From the NCBI GenBank assembly GCA_963514005.1, contig OY740792.1, positions 36,084,001-36,148,000 of the forward strand: a stretch of DNA of 64,000 nt, given 5' to 3'. A model generated the notes under the pieces. That model was not told the DNA's origin, searched no databases, and was given only the letters and a program-made list of their open reading frames with translations. The DNA comes from Raja brachyura. Taxonomy: Eukaryota. This document shows positions 12,046 to 25,709 of this stretch, piece by piece. Within the stretch, counting starts at the first letter, position 1. Each line of letters starts with the position of its first letter. The position numbers and the translations under genes were made by a program.

Positions 12046-13650
12046 TAGTGGAAGTATTAGTGATAATTTTTGAAAACTCTTTAGATTCTGGAGTAGTTCC
12101 TGAGGATTGGGGGGTAGCTAATGTAACCCCACTTTTTTAAAAGGGAGGGAGAGAGAAAACGGGGAATTACAGGCCAATTAGTCTAACATCGGTAGTGGGG
12201 AAAATGCTAGAGTCAGTTATTAAAGATGGGATAGCAGCACATTTGGAAAGCGGTGAAATCATTGGACAAAGTCAGCATGGAATAATGAAAGGTAAATCAT
12301 GTCTGACGAATCTTATAGAATTTTTTGACGATGTAACTAGTAGAGTGGATAAGGGAGAACCTGTGGATGTGTTATATCTGGACTTTCAGAAGGCTTTCGA
12401 CAAGGTCCCACATAAGAGATTAGCATACAAACTTAAAGCACACGGTATTGGGGGTTCAGTATTGATGTGGATAGAGAACTGGCTGGCAGACAGGAAGCAA
12501 AGAGTAGGAGTAAACGGGTCATTTTCAGAATGGCAGGCAGTGACTAGTGGGGTACTGCAAGGCTCAGTGCTGGGACCCCAGCTATTTACAATATATTAAT
12601 GATCTGGATGAGGGAATTAAATGCAACATCTCCAAGTTTGCGGATGACACGAAGCTGGGGGGCAGTGTTAGCTGTGAGGAGGATGCTATGAGGCTGCAAG
12701 GTGACTTGGATAGGTTGGGTGAGTGGACAAATGTATGGCAGATGCAGTATAATGTGGATAAATGTGAGGTTATCCACTTTGGCGGCAAAAACAGGAGGGT
12801 AGATTATTATCTGAATGGTGGCCGATTAGGAAAAGGGGAGATGCAACGAGACCTGGGTGTCATGGCACACAAGTCATTGAAAGTAGGCATGCAGGTGCAG
12901 CAGGCAGTGAAGAAAGCGAATTGTATGTTGGCATTCATAGCAAAAGGATTTGAGTACAAGAGCAGGGAGGTTCTACTGCAGTTGTACAGGGTCTTGGTGA
13001 GGCCACACCTGGAGTATTGCGTACAGTTTTGGTCTCCTAATCTGAGGAAAGACATTCTTGCCATAGAGGGCATACTAAATAATTCGAAACCCCTATAAAC
13101 CCCATCTAAACACCATCTAAACCCCTCTAAACAACCTTTAAACCCCTCTAAACCCCCATACAGAGAAGGTTCACCAGACTGATTCCTGGGATGGCAGGAC
13201 TTCCATATGAAGAAAGACTGGATAGACTTGGCTTGTACTCGCTGAAATTTAGGAGATTGAGGGGGGATCTTATAGAGGCTTACAAAATTCTTAAGGGGTT
13301 GGACAGGCTAGATGAAGGAAGATTGTTCCCGATGTTGGGAAACTCCAGAACAAGGGGTCACAGTTTAAGGATAACGGGGAAGTCTTTTAGGACCGAGATG
13401 AGAAGATCTTTTTTCACACAGAGAGTGGTGAGTCTGTGGAATTCTCCGCCACAGAAGGTAGTTGAGGCCAGTTCATTGGCTATATTTAAGAGGGAGCTAG
13501 ATGTGGCCCTTGAGGCTAAAGGGATCAGGGGGTATGGAGAGAAGGCAGGTACAGGATACTGAGTTGGATGATCAGCCATGATCGTATTGAATGGCGGTGC
13601 AGGCTCGAAGGGCCGAATGGCCTACTCCTGCACCTATTTTCTATGATTTT
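12046..13650 (+). mobile_element. 5'-truncated CR1-clade LINE (reverse transcriptase C-terminal half and 3'UTR), frameshifted
   Basis: NYRPISLTS, LYLDFQKAFDKVPH, GVLQGSVLGP, FADD, LVRPHLEYCVQFWSP and RTRGHSL motifs across ORFs 12195-12599, 12547-13098 and 13191-13562. 3' end gggccgaatggcctactcctgcacctatt. Confidence 0.95.
13076..13156. repeat. 81-bp degenerate (aaacccctct)n insertion within the CR1
   Basis: About 7 imperfect 10-11-bp units, flanked by catac at 13071-13075 and 13157-13161; interrupts the CR1 reading frame. Confidence 0.85.
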
Positions 13651-13905
13651 ATATCCCTGTAACCCTTTCCCATCCACACCGTTCTACCTCAGTCTCTTTG
13701 GCAGTGATAGATTTGAGATAAAGTGAGGTTAGAAGGGTAGATGGGAATGTGGAAATGAGGTTGCAATTCTATTAGCCATGATCGTACTAAATGGTGGCGG
13801 GGGGGTGAGGGGGTGGATGAGGAGGCGGGGGGCCAGATGAGTTGCAACTCTGCAACTCTTCCAACCTGCAAAACTATACACTGCACGGAACATATTCTGA
13901 AGAAG

Positions 13906-14190
13906 GGCGGCACAGTGGCGCAGCAGAAGCGCCAAAGACGGGTTAGATCCTGACTACGGGTGCTGCTGTCTGTACCGAGTCTGCACATTCTCCCTGTGAA
14001 CCCTGCGTGGGTTTTTTCCAGTATCCTCCCACACTCTAAAAACGTACATGTTTGTAGGCTAATTGGCTTGGTATAATTGTAAATTGTCCTTAGTGCGTGT
14101 AGGATAGTGTTAGTGTGCGGGGATCGCTGGTCGGCACAGCCTCGGTGGGCCGACGAGCCTGTTTCCGTGCTTTATCTCAAAACTAAAGTA
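13906..14190 (+). mobile_element. HE1-like SINE copy
   Basis: ggcggcacagtggcgcagc head through gggccgacgagcctgtttccgtgc tail. Confidence 0.8.
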
Positions 14191-15574
14191 AGCTAGCCCT
14201 AAAATGTTGCCTCCCCATTCCCTCCACAGATGCTGCCTGATCTGTGGCGTAGATTCAAACTCTATGGGCAGAATTACCTAATTCTGCTCCTATGACTTAT
14301 GACGTCGGCCAATGTTCCTCCGACATTTTGTGTTCTGCTCTATATTTTGGAACTTTACTCCTTGCGTTCTCTGTGTACTTGTGTATGGTTTGATTGTACC
14401 CATGTAGATTTAATCGGTCAGCATGCAAACAAAGCTTTTCAGTGTATCTCAGCGCATGTGACAATAATAAATCAATACCAACTTATCCTATTGCGGACCT
14501 TGGACTTTTCCTCTATAACAGTAACGAACACTACGACACTGTAACACTATATTCTGCATTGTGGTTTTTTTTTCTCTGCTTTGCCTGTTGTACTTGTACG
14601 TAGCTTGATTGTACCCATGCATAGTTTAATTTGATTTGAAGTCAAGTCAAGAGTGTTGAATCGCCATATGTACGGACAACAGAACAATGAAATTCTTACT
14701 TGCTACAGCTTAACAGAGCTGTAAACATAGATAACATAGAATAATTTTTTTTAAATCATTAAATCAAAATGAATAAATTAATGAGTGAATGACACAGCAT
14801 GGAAACAGGTCCTTCGGCCCACCGATTCCATGCTGACCGTCAATCACTTGTTCACACTAGTTCTATGTTATCCCACTTTCCCGTCTACTCTCCACACTCG
14901 ATATGTTAGGTTTAGGTTTATTATGGCCACATGTACCAAGGTACAATGAAAAGTAGAAGCAAGGAACTGCAGAAGCTGGTTTACAAAAAAAAGACACAAA
15001 GCTAGCAGCAATTTATAGACGGCCAATTAACCTAAAAACCCGCACGTCTTTGGGATGTGGGAGGAAACTAGAGCACCGGGAGGAAACTGACACAGTCACA
15101 GGGACAACGTGCAAACTCCACACCGGTGGCGTCTGAGGTCAAGATCGAACCCGGGTCATTGGCGCTGTGAGGTGGCAGCTCTACCAGCTGTGCCATTGTG
15201 CAACCCTTGCACGCAAACAAAAGCTTTTCACTGTATCTCGGAACATGTGATAATAGCATACCTGTACCAAAATAGCCACTAATTCTCAAGGGGCAGTCTC
15301 TCGTCTTGTTTTCACCAGATGGTAAGACAACAACTGTCTTCATTGCAATCATTTGTGTCCACAATTTACAAGAGGGCCTTATTGGAATTATTCAGATTCA
15401 GATAAAGCTCTCCCCAAACCACAGGAAGCCAATCCGAATCCCACAGATGTATTTCACCAGCCAAAGTAAAAATTCTTTATTTTTAAATATCACACAGATG
15501 CAAAAATGTTATTTAAAACAAAAATGAAGCAATACAATTCCTTCAAATGATTTTTAACACTTTGCCCATGAGGT

Positions 15575-15930
15575 TAGATAGAGGGTACAGTATATAAAAT
15601 TATGCGAGACATAGATAGGGTGGACAATCAGAACCTTCTTCCTCTGGGTAGAAATATCAAAGACTAGCGGGCATAGCCTTAAGGTGAGAGAGGTAAAGTT
15701 TAAAGGAGATGTACGGGGCAAGTTTATTTTTATGCAGAGGGTGGTGGGTGTTTGGAACATGATGCCAGGGGTGGTGGTGGAGGCAGGTCCGATAGTGATG
15801 TTTAAGAGACTTTTAAATAGGCTCATGGATATGCGGGGATTTGGATTAGTCACAGACAAAGAAGATTAGTTTAACTTGGCATCATGCTCGGCACAGGCGT
15901 TGTGGGCTGAAGGGCCTGTTCCTGTGCACA
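15575..15930 (+). mobile_element. CR1 3' fragment
   Basis: Encodes TSGHSLKVREVKFKGDVRGKFIFMQRVVGVWN; tail gggctgaagggcctgttcctgtgc. Confidence 0.8.
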
Positions 15931-16965
15931 ATGTTACTAGGATCTCCCTCTCAACCTTACCACTCCCTCAGAGGTTCACGATACTGATAGTTGCTGCCTG
16001 GTGAGTGGATTATGGTTGGGAATAGGTTTAAGATTTATGAGCATAAAGCAAGAATATAGAGTCATAGAGCTCGGAAACAAGCCCTTCTGCCCAACTTATC
16101 CATCCCAACCAAGAACACAATCTAAGTTAGTCCTGATTTGGCCCATATCCCTCTAAACCATTACTATCCATGTATCGGAGTCTTTTAAATGTTGTTATAG
16201 TACCTGGCTCAACAACCACCTCTGGCTGCTCGTTCCACATACCCACAACCCTCCGTGTAAAAACGTTGCCCCTCAGATTCCTATTAAAATCTGGCCCTCT
16301 TACATTAAACCTATGCCATCTAGTTTAAAAATAGATGGAAACAGGCCCTTCAGCCCACCGAGTCCATGCCAACCATCAATCACCTGTTCACACTAGTTCT
16401 ATTTCACATACCCACAACCCTCTGTGTAAAAACGTTGCCCCCGAGATTCCTATTAAAATCTGCCCCTGCCACTGATCAGTCTGAAGAAGGGTTTCGGCCC
16501 GAAACATTGCCTATCTCCCTCGCTCCATAGATGCTGCTGCACCCGCTGAGTTTCTCCAGCATTTTGTGTATCCACACTAGTTCTATGTTATCTGATTTTC
16601 TCATCCACTCCCTACACTCTAGAAGGCAATGTACAGACACCAATTAACATACCAACCTGCATGTCTTTGTGTCTTCAGGCACCATGGGGAAACCCACACA
16701 GTCACAGGAACAATGAGCAAATTCCACACAGACAACACCCAAGATTAGGATTGAACCAGTTTCTGGCCCTCTGGGGCAGCGGCTCTACAAGCTGTGTCAC
16801 TGCGTGTCCTCTGGTTTTTGATTCCCCCACCCTGAGTAAGAAGACTCTATACATTTGCCCAAACAAATCCCATCATGATTTTATACTCCTCAGCCTTCTG
16901 CCCTCCAAGGAATAAAGTCCCAGCCTGCACAACCTTTCCCTCAAGTCCTGGCAACATCCTCATAA

Positions 16966-17210
16966 GTCTGAAGAAGGGTCTCGACCCGAAACGTCGCCTA
17001 TCTCCTTCACTCCTTAGATGTTGCTGCACCCGCTGAGTTTCTCCAGCCTTTTGTGTACCCTTGATTCTCCAGCATCTGCAGTTCCTTCTTTAACACATCC
17101 TCATAAGTCTTCTGGGGTTACACAAAAAGCTGGAGAAACTCAGCGGGTGCAGCAGCATCTAAGGAGCGAAGGAGATAGGCATCGTTTTGGGTCGAGACCC
17201 TTCTTCAGAC
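16966..17210. mobile_element. Two oppositely oriented hammerhead-bearing Penelope-derived units at one target site
   Basis: Plus unit 16966-~17094 (intact core 16968-16995) and minus unit ~17114-17210. Host sequence ctcataagtct occurs three times around them. Confidence 0.85.
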
Positions 17211-17838
17211 TCATAAGTCTTCTCTTCACTCTTTCCATCTTAATGCTATATTTGACATGGCTGACAAGTTCATACGTTCTAGGAGCAGAATTAGGCCATT
17301 CAGTCCATCTTAAGAAGGGTCTTGACCCAAAACGTCACCCATTCCTTCTCTCCAGAGATGCTGCCTGTCCCGCTGAGTTACTCCAGCTTTTTGTGTCTAT
17401 CTTCGGTTTAAACCAGCATCTGCAGTTCCTGCTTACACATCAAGTCTACTTGGCAGATCTACCTTTCCCGCTCAACACCATTCCCCTGCCTTCTCCCCAT
17501 AACCCCCGGCACCCGTACTAACCCAGAATCTGTCAATCTCTGCCTTAAAAACATCCATTAACTTGGCCTTCACAGCATGAATTCCACAGATTCACCAGCC
17601 CCTGTCTAAAGAAATTCCTCCTCATTTTTTTTTAAAATTAAAAAACACATCCAGGGCAAGGGAGAATATTTGCCAGTTGTGTTACATAAATTTAAAATTA
17701 ACATCATGATGGATCTCTGTGTACAGTCAACTGCGCATTAATCGCAACACAGTTTTTGCATTACCTAATGCACATTAATTCAGCAGCCTAAGAGATTCCA
17801 TAAAACATTCCTTTAATAATTAAAAATAAACACAACCT

Positions 17839-17888
17839 ACGAAGATAAGATGGGGTGAACTGAACGAAGATAAGATGGGGTGAACTGA
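17839..17888. repeat. 25-bp tandem duplication
   Basis: acgaagataagatggggtgaactga x2. Confidence 0.9.
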
Positions 17889-17949
17889 GTATCTTGATGG
17901 TATTTTCTACATAAGATAAAAGAGGGTTATTTGCTTAGAGTAATTGAGT

Positions 17950-18430
17950 CAGACAGCAAAGAAACAGGCTCTTCGGACTAACCTGCCTACACTGGCCAAC
18001 ATGCCCCATCTGCACTAGTCCCCCCCTGCCTGCATTTGGTCCAGATCCTCATAAACCTGTCCTATCAATGTACCTGTCTAAATGTTTCTTAAACATTGCA
18101 ATAGTATCTGCCTCAACTATCCCCTCCAGCAGCTCGTTCCATGCACCCACCACCCTTTATGTGAAAAAGGTACCCCTCAGGTTCCTATTAAATCTTTCCC
18201 CCCTCACCTTAAACCCATGTCCTTTGGTTCTTGATGCCCCTACTCTGGGCAGGAGAATCTGTGCGTCTACCCTATCTATTCCTCTTGTGATTTTGTACAC
18301 CTCTATATGATCATCTGTCTTTTCCTGCACTCCTAGGAGTAAAGTCCAAGTTTGCTCAACCTCTCCCCATAGCTGAATCCCTCAAGTCGTAGCAACCTCC
18401 TCGTAAATCTTCTCCATGCCCTTCCCCACT
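17950..18430 (-). mobile_element. CR1 3' fragment
   Basis: Reverse complement of the CR1 ORF2 end and 3'UTR (cctattaaatctttcccccctcaccttaaacc...). Confidence 0.8.
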
Positions 18431-18509
18431 TGTGATATCCATTTGAAGACATTTAGCTGAACAGGAAGTTACTGCCAAACAGTATTTAGTTGGGAGCACC
18501 TTCCATTCC

Positions 18510-18800
18510 AGCAAGCACAACTCGAACGCACAGGAATGAGGGAGATTACAAAGAGTGGTGAACACTGCACAGTCCATCACGAGTACCGACCTCCCCACCA
18601 TCAAAGGGATGTACAGGAGATGTGGCCTCAAAAAGGCAGCCACCATCATCAAAGACACACACCACTCTGGCAACACTTTCATCGCATTCCTATCTTTCAC
18701 TTGGGAAGAAGGTACAGGAGCCTGAAAACCATGACCTTCAGGTTCATGAACAGCTTCCTCCCAAAAACCATCAGGCTCTTGAACAATACAAACACCAACT
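18510..18800 (+). mobile_element. Rex1/Babar-type LINE 3' fragment
   Basis: Frames read KKAATIIKDTHH and GRRYRSLKTMTFRFMNSFLPKTIRLLN. Confidence 0.7.
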
Positions 18801-20394
18801 AAAGTACAAGCCATGATAGGCACAACGTGCTGGAGTATCTCAGCAGGTGAGACAGCATCTCTGGAGAAAAAGGATGGGTGACACACCATGAATTGTCTTG
18901 TTCGCACAAGAGACTTTGGGCTTTTTTACACTAATATAGTTTTTAAAAAATTGATTGAACTTTTTTGTTCATTGTGTTATGTGTTTATAGATCTGTTATG
19001 CTTCTGCCAGTAAGAATAATCATTCTTCTGTTTTCGATACATATGATAATTAAACACTCTTGACTCATGAGCCAATGAAACAGTTCTGGTGACCTCTTGA
19101 CAGAAAGGATGTGGAGGGTTTGCAAATGGTGCAGAAAAGATTTACAAGGATGCCTGGATTGGGGGGTATGAGCAGATACTCGGATTGTTTTCTCCAGAGC
19201 ATCAGAGGTTAATGGGAGACCTGATAGAAATTTATAAATTGGGAGGCATAGATAGATATGCAAAATTATGAGAAGCACAGATACGATAGACAGCCAAAAC
19301 CATTTTCCCCAGGATGGAACTATCATAGACTCGAGGTCATTGCTTTAAGGTTGATCAGGCAAAGTTTAAATTAATGTGCAGCACATGTCTTTTTTTTTTT
19401 TTACAGAGGGTGGTGTGTGTCTGGAACATGATTCCAAGGTGATGGTAGAGGCAGATATGATAATGACTTTTAGATACTGTAGGTGCAGTGAGCAGTTTTG
19501 GGCCCCATGTCTGTGGAAGGATATGTTGGCTAATAGGGTCCAGAGATTGTTTAGAAGAATGATCCCAAGATTGGGTTAACATGATGAGCATTCAATCGCT
19601 CTGGGCCTGTACTCACTGGAATTTAGAAGGATGAGGAGGGAACTCATTGAAACATACCGGATAATGAAAGGCCTGGATGGAGTGGATGTGGATGTGCAGC
19701 GGATGTTTCGAATAGTGGGAGAGTCTAGGATCAGAGGGTACAGCCTCAGAAGATTAACTTGGCATCATGTTCGGCACCGACATTGTGGGCCGAAGGGCCT
19801 GTTCCTCTGCTCTACTGTTCTATGAAACACTTGGGACATCTCAAAGCCAATGTGTGATCCAATCATAAAATGTTGCTAAATATTATCAATTCATTGAATG
19901 CAACATTGAGTTTAAAAAGGTCAAATAAAGCTAATTTCCTAAATTGCAACAGTGACTATACTCCCAAAAGTTCTTCATCGACTGTAAAGTGCTTGGGGCA
20001 TCCGCAATTCTATATAAAAACTATTTTTTCCAGTGGCTTATTAAATTAGATCTTGAGATAAGGCAGTCTTCATGTGATTGGAGGCCTACTTCAATAGATT
20101 CTTCCATTAAATTATGGAAAGTCTTTGAGCAGTTTTCTATTAATAGTGATTACTTCACACATTGCTCTCTCTACTGAAAGAACCGAACCTCATCTTCTGC
20201 TTGGGTAGCCTTCAACACGCTGGTATGAACACCAAATTCATAGACCATACAGCATGGAAACCAGCCCTTCAGCCCGCCTGGCCCATGCTGACCAAAATGC
20301 TAGTCCCATTTTCCCGATTGAACGAATCTCTAGTGTTGGACATCTCCATCCTAGAGAAAGGCACCGACTGTCTACTCTATCTATGGTCTACAGC

Positions 20395-20685
20395 TACAGC
20401 CTGGAAACAGGCCCTTCGACCCACCGAGTCCATGCCGACCAGCGATCCCTGTACACTAGCACTATACTACACACCCAGGGACAATGTACAATTTTTACTG
20501 AAGCCAATTAACTTACAAACCTGTACATCGTTGGAGTGTGGGAGGACACCGGAACACCTGGGAAAAACCCACGCAGTTACTGGGGAACGTACAAACTCCG
20601 TATAGACAGCACCCGTAGTCAGGATTAAACCTGGGTGTCTGGCGCTGTAAGGCGGCAACTCTACCGCTGCGCCACTGTGCCACCC
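20395..20685 (-). mobile_element. HE1-like SINE copy, near full length
   Basis: Reverse complement of the SINE consensus. Confidence 0.85.
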
Positions 20686-21604
20686 ATATGCATCTCATCA
20701 TTTTGTCAAGTCTACCCTCAATCTGGGCATACAAACCAACCCAGCACTAGTCTGTGAAACTTCTTGGATGATGAGCCTCTTATCCCTGATTCCCAGCCAA
20801 ATCACTCTTTGATTTGCTTCCTTATATTCATTTCAAAGACCAGTGACTCTGGCACTGTCAAGGCTGTTCATGACAGCTTAACTTAGAGCCAGCTTGGCTT
20901 ACAGATGAAAACTATTTGCTTTAATGAAGTCAGATATTCCACTGTATGCATAACATGATTAGAGTTTAATTATTAAACTTTGATCTACAACAGCTATTGT
21001 TACATGCTGGGGCGCTTTCTGAATAAGTTCTAAAAGTTGGCAGGAGAAAACCACTTTGATTTAGCCACAAGGAACTGCAGGTGCTGGAATCATGATAAAA
21101 GATAATGTGCTGGAAGAACTCAGCAGATCTGGCAGCATCTGTGCTGATGATGAAAGATAGGCAACGTTTCAGATCTGGACCCTTCTTCAGACCGATTATA
21201 GTGGGGGTGGGTGGAGAATTCCCCCGCCTCCCCCATTACGGAAATGATGTCGAGGCTTTGGAGAGGGTGCAGAGGAGGTTTACCAGAATGTTGCAGCTAA
21301 ACGGAGAGGTTGGTTTCTCTGGAACATCAGAGGTTGAGGGGAGACGATAGAAATATGCAAAATAATGAGACATCAATAGGGCAGACAGTCAAAACCTTTT
21401 TCCAAGGCAGAAATGTCCAACATAGCAATAAGGCAAGAGTGGAAAGTTTCATGAAGATAATGGGGCGGTTTTTTTTACAGAGCAGTGGGGACCTGGAACG
21501 TGCTGCCGGGGTGGTGGAGGAGGCAGATACGATAGTGACGTGTTAGAGGTTTTCAGACAGTGCAAGTCATAGAGGCATATGGATCATGTACAGGCAGATG
21601 AGTC

Positions 21605-22490
21605 ATAGTCATACAGCGCGGAAACAGGCCATTTGGCCCAACTTGCCCACACCAATCAACATGCCCCTTCTACATTAGTCAGACCTGCCTGCGTTTGGCC
21701 CATATATCCCTCTAAATCTGTCCTATCCATTTAATCTAATTGTTTCTTAAACATTGCAATAGTACCTGCCTCAACTACCTCCTCCGGCAGTTCCATACAC
21801 ACAGCCCCTTTGTATAAAAACAGTTAACCCTCAGGTTCCTATTTAATCTTCCCCCCTCACTTTAAACCCATGTCCTTTGGTTCTTGATTTCCCTTACTCT
21901 GGGCAAGAGACTCTGTGCGTCTGTCTTATCTATTCCTCTCATAATTCTATACACCTTTATTAGATCGCCCCTCATTGTCCTGCGCTCCAAGGAATAATCC
22001 TTGCTTGCTCCCTATACCTCATGCCCTATACCTATACCTCTCTCCCTATACCTCATGCCCTCGGGTCCTGGCAACATTCTCGCAAATGTTCTCTGCGCCC
22101 TTTCCAGCTTGTTACCATCTTTCCTGTAACATGGTGAACAAAATTGAACACAATACACTAAATGTGGCCTCACCAATGTCTTGCATAACTGCAGCGTGAC
22201 ATCCAAACTTATACTCAATATAAACACAAAGTGCTGGAGTAATTCAGCGGGTCAGGCAGCATCTTTGGAGAAAAAGGACGGATGACATTTTGGGTCAGGA
22301 TCCTTCTTCAGACACTGGCCCGAAACGTCACCTATCCTTTTTCTCCAGAGATGTTGCCTGATCTGCTGAGTTACTCCATCATTTTATCTCTATCTTTGGT
22401 ATATACCAGCACCTGCAGTTCCTTTCTACACATTCTATACTCTGACTGATGAAGACCAATGTGCCAAAACCCTTTTTGACCAGATGATAT
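21605..22490 (-). mobile_element. CR1 fragment interrupted by an inverted Penelope-unit dimer (~22220-22432)
   Basis: ORF 22012-22227 LQLCKTLVRPHLVYCVQFCSP; CR1 sequence resumes (ctatactctgactgatgaag) after the dimer. Confidence 0.8.
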
Positions 22491-22916
22491 CAGTTTAATG
22501 GATCATATTCAGCACAAAAATGTGGGACAAAGGGCCTGTTTCTGTGCTATAGTGTTCTATGTTCTAAAACCAGGTAATCACGATTTTCAGACTGTTGTAT
22601 CTTCTTACCAATGGTTGGAGTAACAGAGGTAATTGGATAAGAGGAAGAATTAATCCTATCAAAAGCCTAGCTGTTGCATATCAGCAATGGTCTGTTTATT
22701 TAAAGACATGACGTTTGTGCCTCTGGGCTCATTGACATTGATGTCTGACTCATTGTGGTGTGATGAATCAGAAGGAAATGATCCGATCAGATATCAGTCT
22801 GGAGAAAGTCTCTGTGATTCATTATGCTCCCAAGTAGCTGTTTGGTGGGAATTCGATCAGTCAGGAATGTTAGCAGCTGGACTGCAGAAAGTCCCTCAGC
22901 AATAACTGCAGTTGCA

Positions 22917-23210
22917 GGCGGCATGGTGGCGCAGTGATAGAGCTGCTGCCTTACAGTGCCAGAGACCCAGGTTCGATCCTGACCATGGGTGCTGCCTGTA
23001 CAGATTTTGTACGTTCTCCCCATGACTGTGCGGGTTTTTTCCGTGTGCTTCGGCTTCCTCCCACACCAAAGACATGCAGGTTTGTAGGTTAATTGTCTTC
23101 AGTAAGAATTGCAAATTGTCCCTAGTGCGTATGCTGGTGCTAGAATCGCCGGTCAGCACGGACTATGCGAGCCAAAGGGCCTGTTTCCGGGCTATATCCC
23201 TAAACTAAAA
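22917..23210 (+). mobile_element. HE1-like SINE copy
   Basis: Full head/body/tail consensus. Confidence 0.85.
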
Positions 23211-24799
23211 TGTAATAGTATATTTAGGTAACATGCCCATTATTGATCTCAAGTCAAGTCAAAAGAGTTTATTGTCATGTGTATCAGATAGGACAATTAA
23301 ATTTGTGCTTGCTGCAGTAGAACAGAATATTATGGGCATAAATACAAAGTGCCCATTATCTATTTCACATTTCAATCCCACTGTTAGTGAGAGGCACAGT
23401 GGCGCAGCCGGTAGAACTGCTGCCTCACAGTGCCAGAGACTCGGGTTTAGTTCAGCACGGAAACAGGAACTTCAGCACATTGAGTCCTTGCTGACCAGCA
23501 ATCCCCGTACACAAGTGCTATTCTACACACTAGGGACAATTTACTATTTTTACCAAAGCTAATTCATCTGCAAACCTGCAAGTCTTTGGAACATGCAGGA
23601 AACTGGAGCACCAGGAGTAAACCCATGTGCTCACGGGGAGAACGTACAACTCTGCAGAGACAGCACCCATCGTCAGGATCGAATGTGGTCCTCGTGTCCT
23701 CTGGTGCTATCAGTGTGTGGAGTTTACATGTTATCCTTGTGATCGAGTGGGTTCCTCCAGGTGCTCCAGCTTCCTCCCACGCCCCAAAGAAGTGCGGGTT
23801 TGTTGATTAAATGGCCCTCTGTAAATTGCCCCCAGTGAGTAGGGAGCGGATGAGAAAGAGAGATAACAGAGCTAGTGTGAATGGGTGATCACTCGGCCAT
23901 TATGCACTCGGTGGGCCGAAGGGCACGTTTCTACGCTGTTCCTCTAAACAAAACTATTATCTGGGATCTGATGACTAGAAATGGGTCACTTACAAAAGAA
24001 GAGAGTGACACAACGCTAAAGTTTGCTGAATCAATCTCAGCTATGCTCAAAAATAAACGTAAACCCACATTTAATGCGGAGACACTAAATTGTGCATTTA
24101 TTTGACTTTTTGGTTTTATTTGATTGCTTTTGATTTCAGCTAAAATTAATCTACCACTTGACACCCACTAAAAGTCTGTCTGCTTTGGAACAACTGTGTC
24201 ACATGTTAATCCATTTGGTTGCTTTGTAGACACGGGTCTGTTAGATTTGCGAAGAACTAGATTGTGGGAAAGGGGATTAATCGCCCAAATTTCAATGAAG
24301 GAAATAGTCATTTGTACTAAACCTCTTGCCTGTTATCTGCGTTGACAGCTAACTGAAGTGCCCGTCATACTTTGAACATGAGGATCCAGACTGGGTCGTG
24401 CGGTGGAGACATGGTTTCCATGAAGTGGACGGCATTTAGAGTCTTTCATTCTTTCCTGTTGTTTAGAGAGAGAAGGTTGAATTGTGCTGTGTGGCTGCCA
24501 AGTTCATTAGTTGAGAACTGGTACAGTTCAGTCAAATGAAATGAGAATATTTGGATGTGATTTATAATGGGAGTCAACCCAGCATCAAGTGGGGCAGCAC
24601 AGTGGCGCAGCTGGTAGAGCCGCTGATTCTGGGTGCTCCGGTTTCCTCCCACATAGCAAAGACGTGCGGGTTTGTAGATTAATTGGTTTATGGGAAATTG
24701 CCCCTGGTGTGTAGGAAAAGTGGAAGCAGAACTGAATAGAGCAAAATTGAAGTCCATTGTGCAACCATTTGCCCAATATCACCTCTAAACCTTTCCTCT

Positions 24800-25110
24800 G
24801 CTGATAGTGTTCAAGAGCCTGATGGTTGCTGGGAAGAAGCTGTTCTTGAACCTGGTGGACACGGTTTTCAGACTCTTGTGCCTTCTTCCCATTGGTAGGA
24901 GTGTGGCCAGGGTGGTAGGGTCTCTGATGATGCTGGCTACCTTTGCTGCAGCACCTCCTGTAGATCCCTTCAAAGGTGGGGATGTCTGTACCCACGGTGG
25001 AACGGGCAGTGTCCACCACTGTCATTCCTGGGCATTTGAGTTACCGGACCTGGCCGCGATGCAACCAGTCAACATGGTCTGCACCGTACACCTGTAGACG
25101 TTTGGTAGTG
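24800..25110 (-). mobile_element. Rex1/Babar-type LINE 3' fragment
   Basis: KVASIIRDP...GRRHKSLKTVSTRFKNSFFPATIRLLN. Confidence 0.7.
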
Positions 25111-25245
25111 TATTTGGCGACAGTGGAATTGTTCAGTTGTTGTCGCCTCAACTTTATGATAAAGATGGTGTAATCTGAAGATGATCGAGAAGATTTTGAT
25201 AGATTTCATGAAGCTCACAGATATTGAAATCTACAGGGAACATAA

Positions 25246-25599
25246 AGGGCCTGTCCCACTATACGAGGTAATTCAACAGTTCTCCCGAGTTTTCCCCTGA
25301 TTCGAACTCAGAGAATGTCCGTAGCAGGTCCGTAGGAGTTAGTGGTCTCGCAGTGGCTCGTTCGAGTAAAAAGCAACAATTTTTTTCATCACAAGTATTT
25401 TTTTACTCATGGACATTTTTCACAGTGTTGAAAAAACGTCACGAGTTTACCAGATTTCCCGAGTACCTACTGTTACTCGTACGAGCCTCTACAAGACATC
25501 CGCAAACTCCTACGGACAAGTTACGGATATTCTCCGAGTTCGAATCAGAGGAAAACTCGGGAGAACTCTTGAATTACCTTGTACAGTGGGACAGGCCCT
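25246..25599. mobile_element. PIF/Harbinger-type MITE with long inverted arms
   Basis: TAA TSD (25243-25245, 25600-25602). TIR agggcctgtcccact extends ~90 bp as an imperfect inverted repeat. Confidence 0.9.
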
Positions 25600-25709
25600 T
25601 AACGATGAAAGGGAAACATATGCAAGCGAAAGTTGCTGCAGATATCCATACATCACATGGCTCTAGCATTCTCCTGTTTTGGGCCCTGAGACCAAACATA
25701 TGTGTGGTT

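Noticed and set aside
13076-13156. Interstitial telomeric repeat
   Set aside because: Units are 10-11 bp and not CCCTAA; local templating explains them better.
22590-22690. Alternative signal-peptide exon ending at a gtaaga donor (~22608, minus strand)
   Set aside because: The phase-1 frame is Ser/Pro/Thr-rich, not hydrophobic, and has no suitable ATG.
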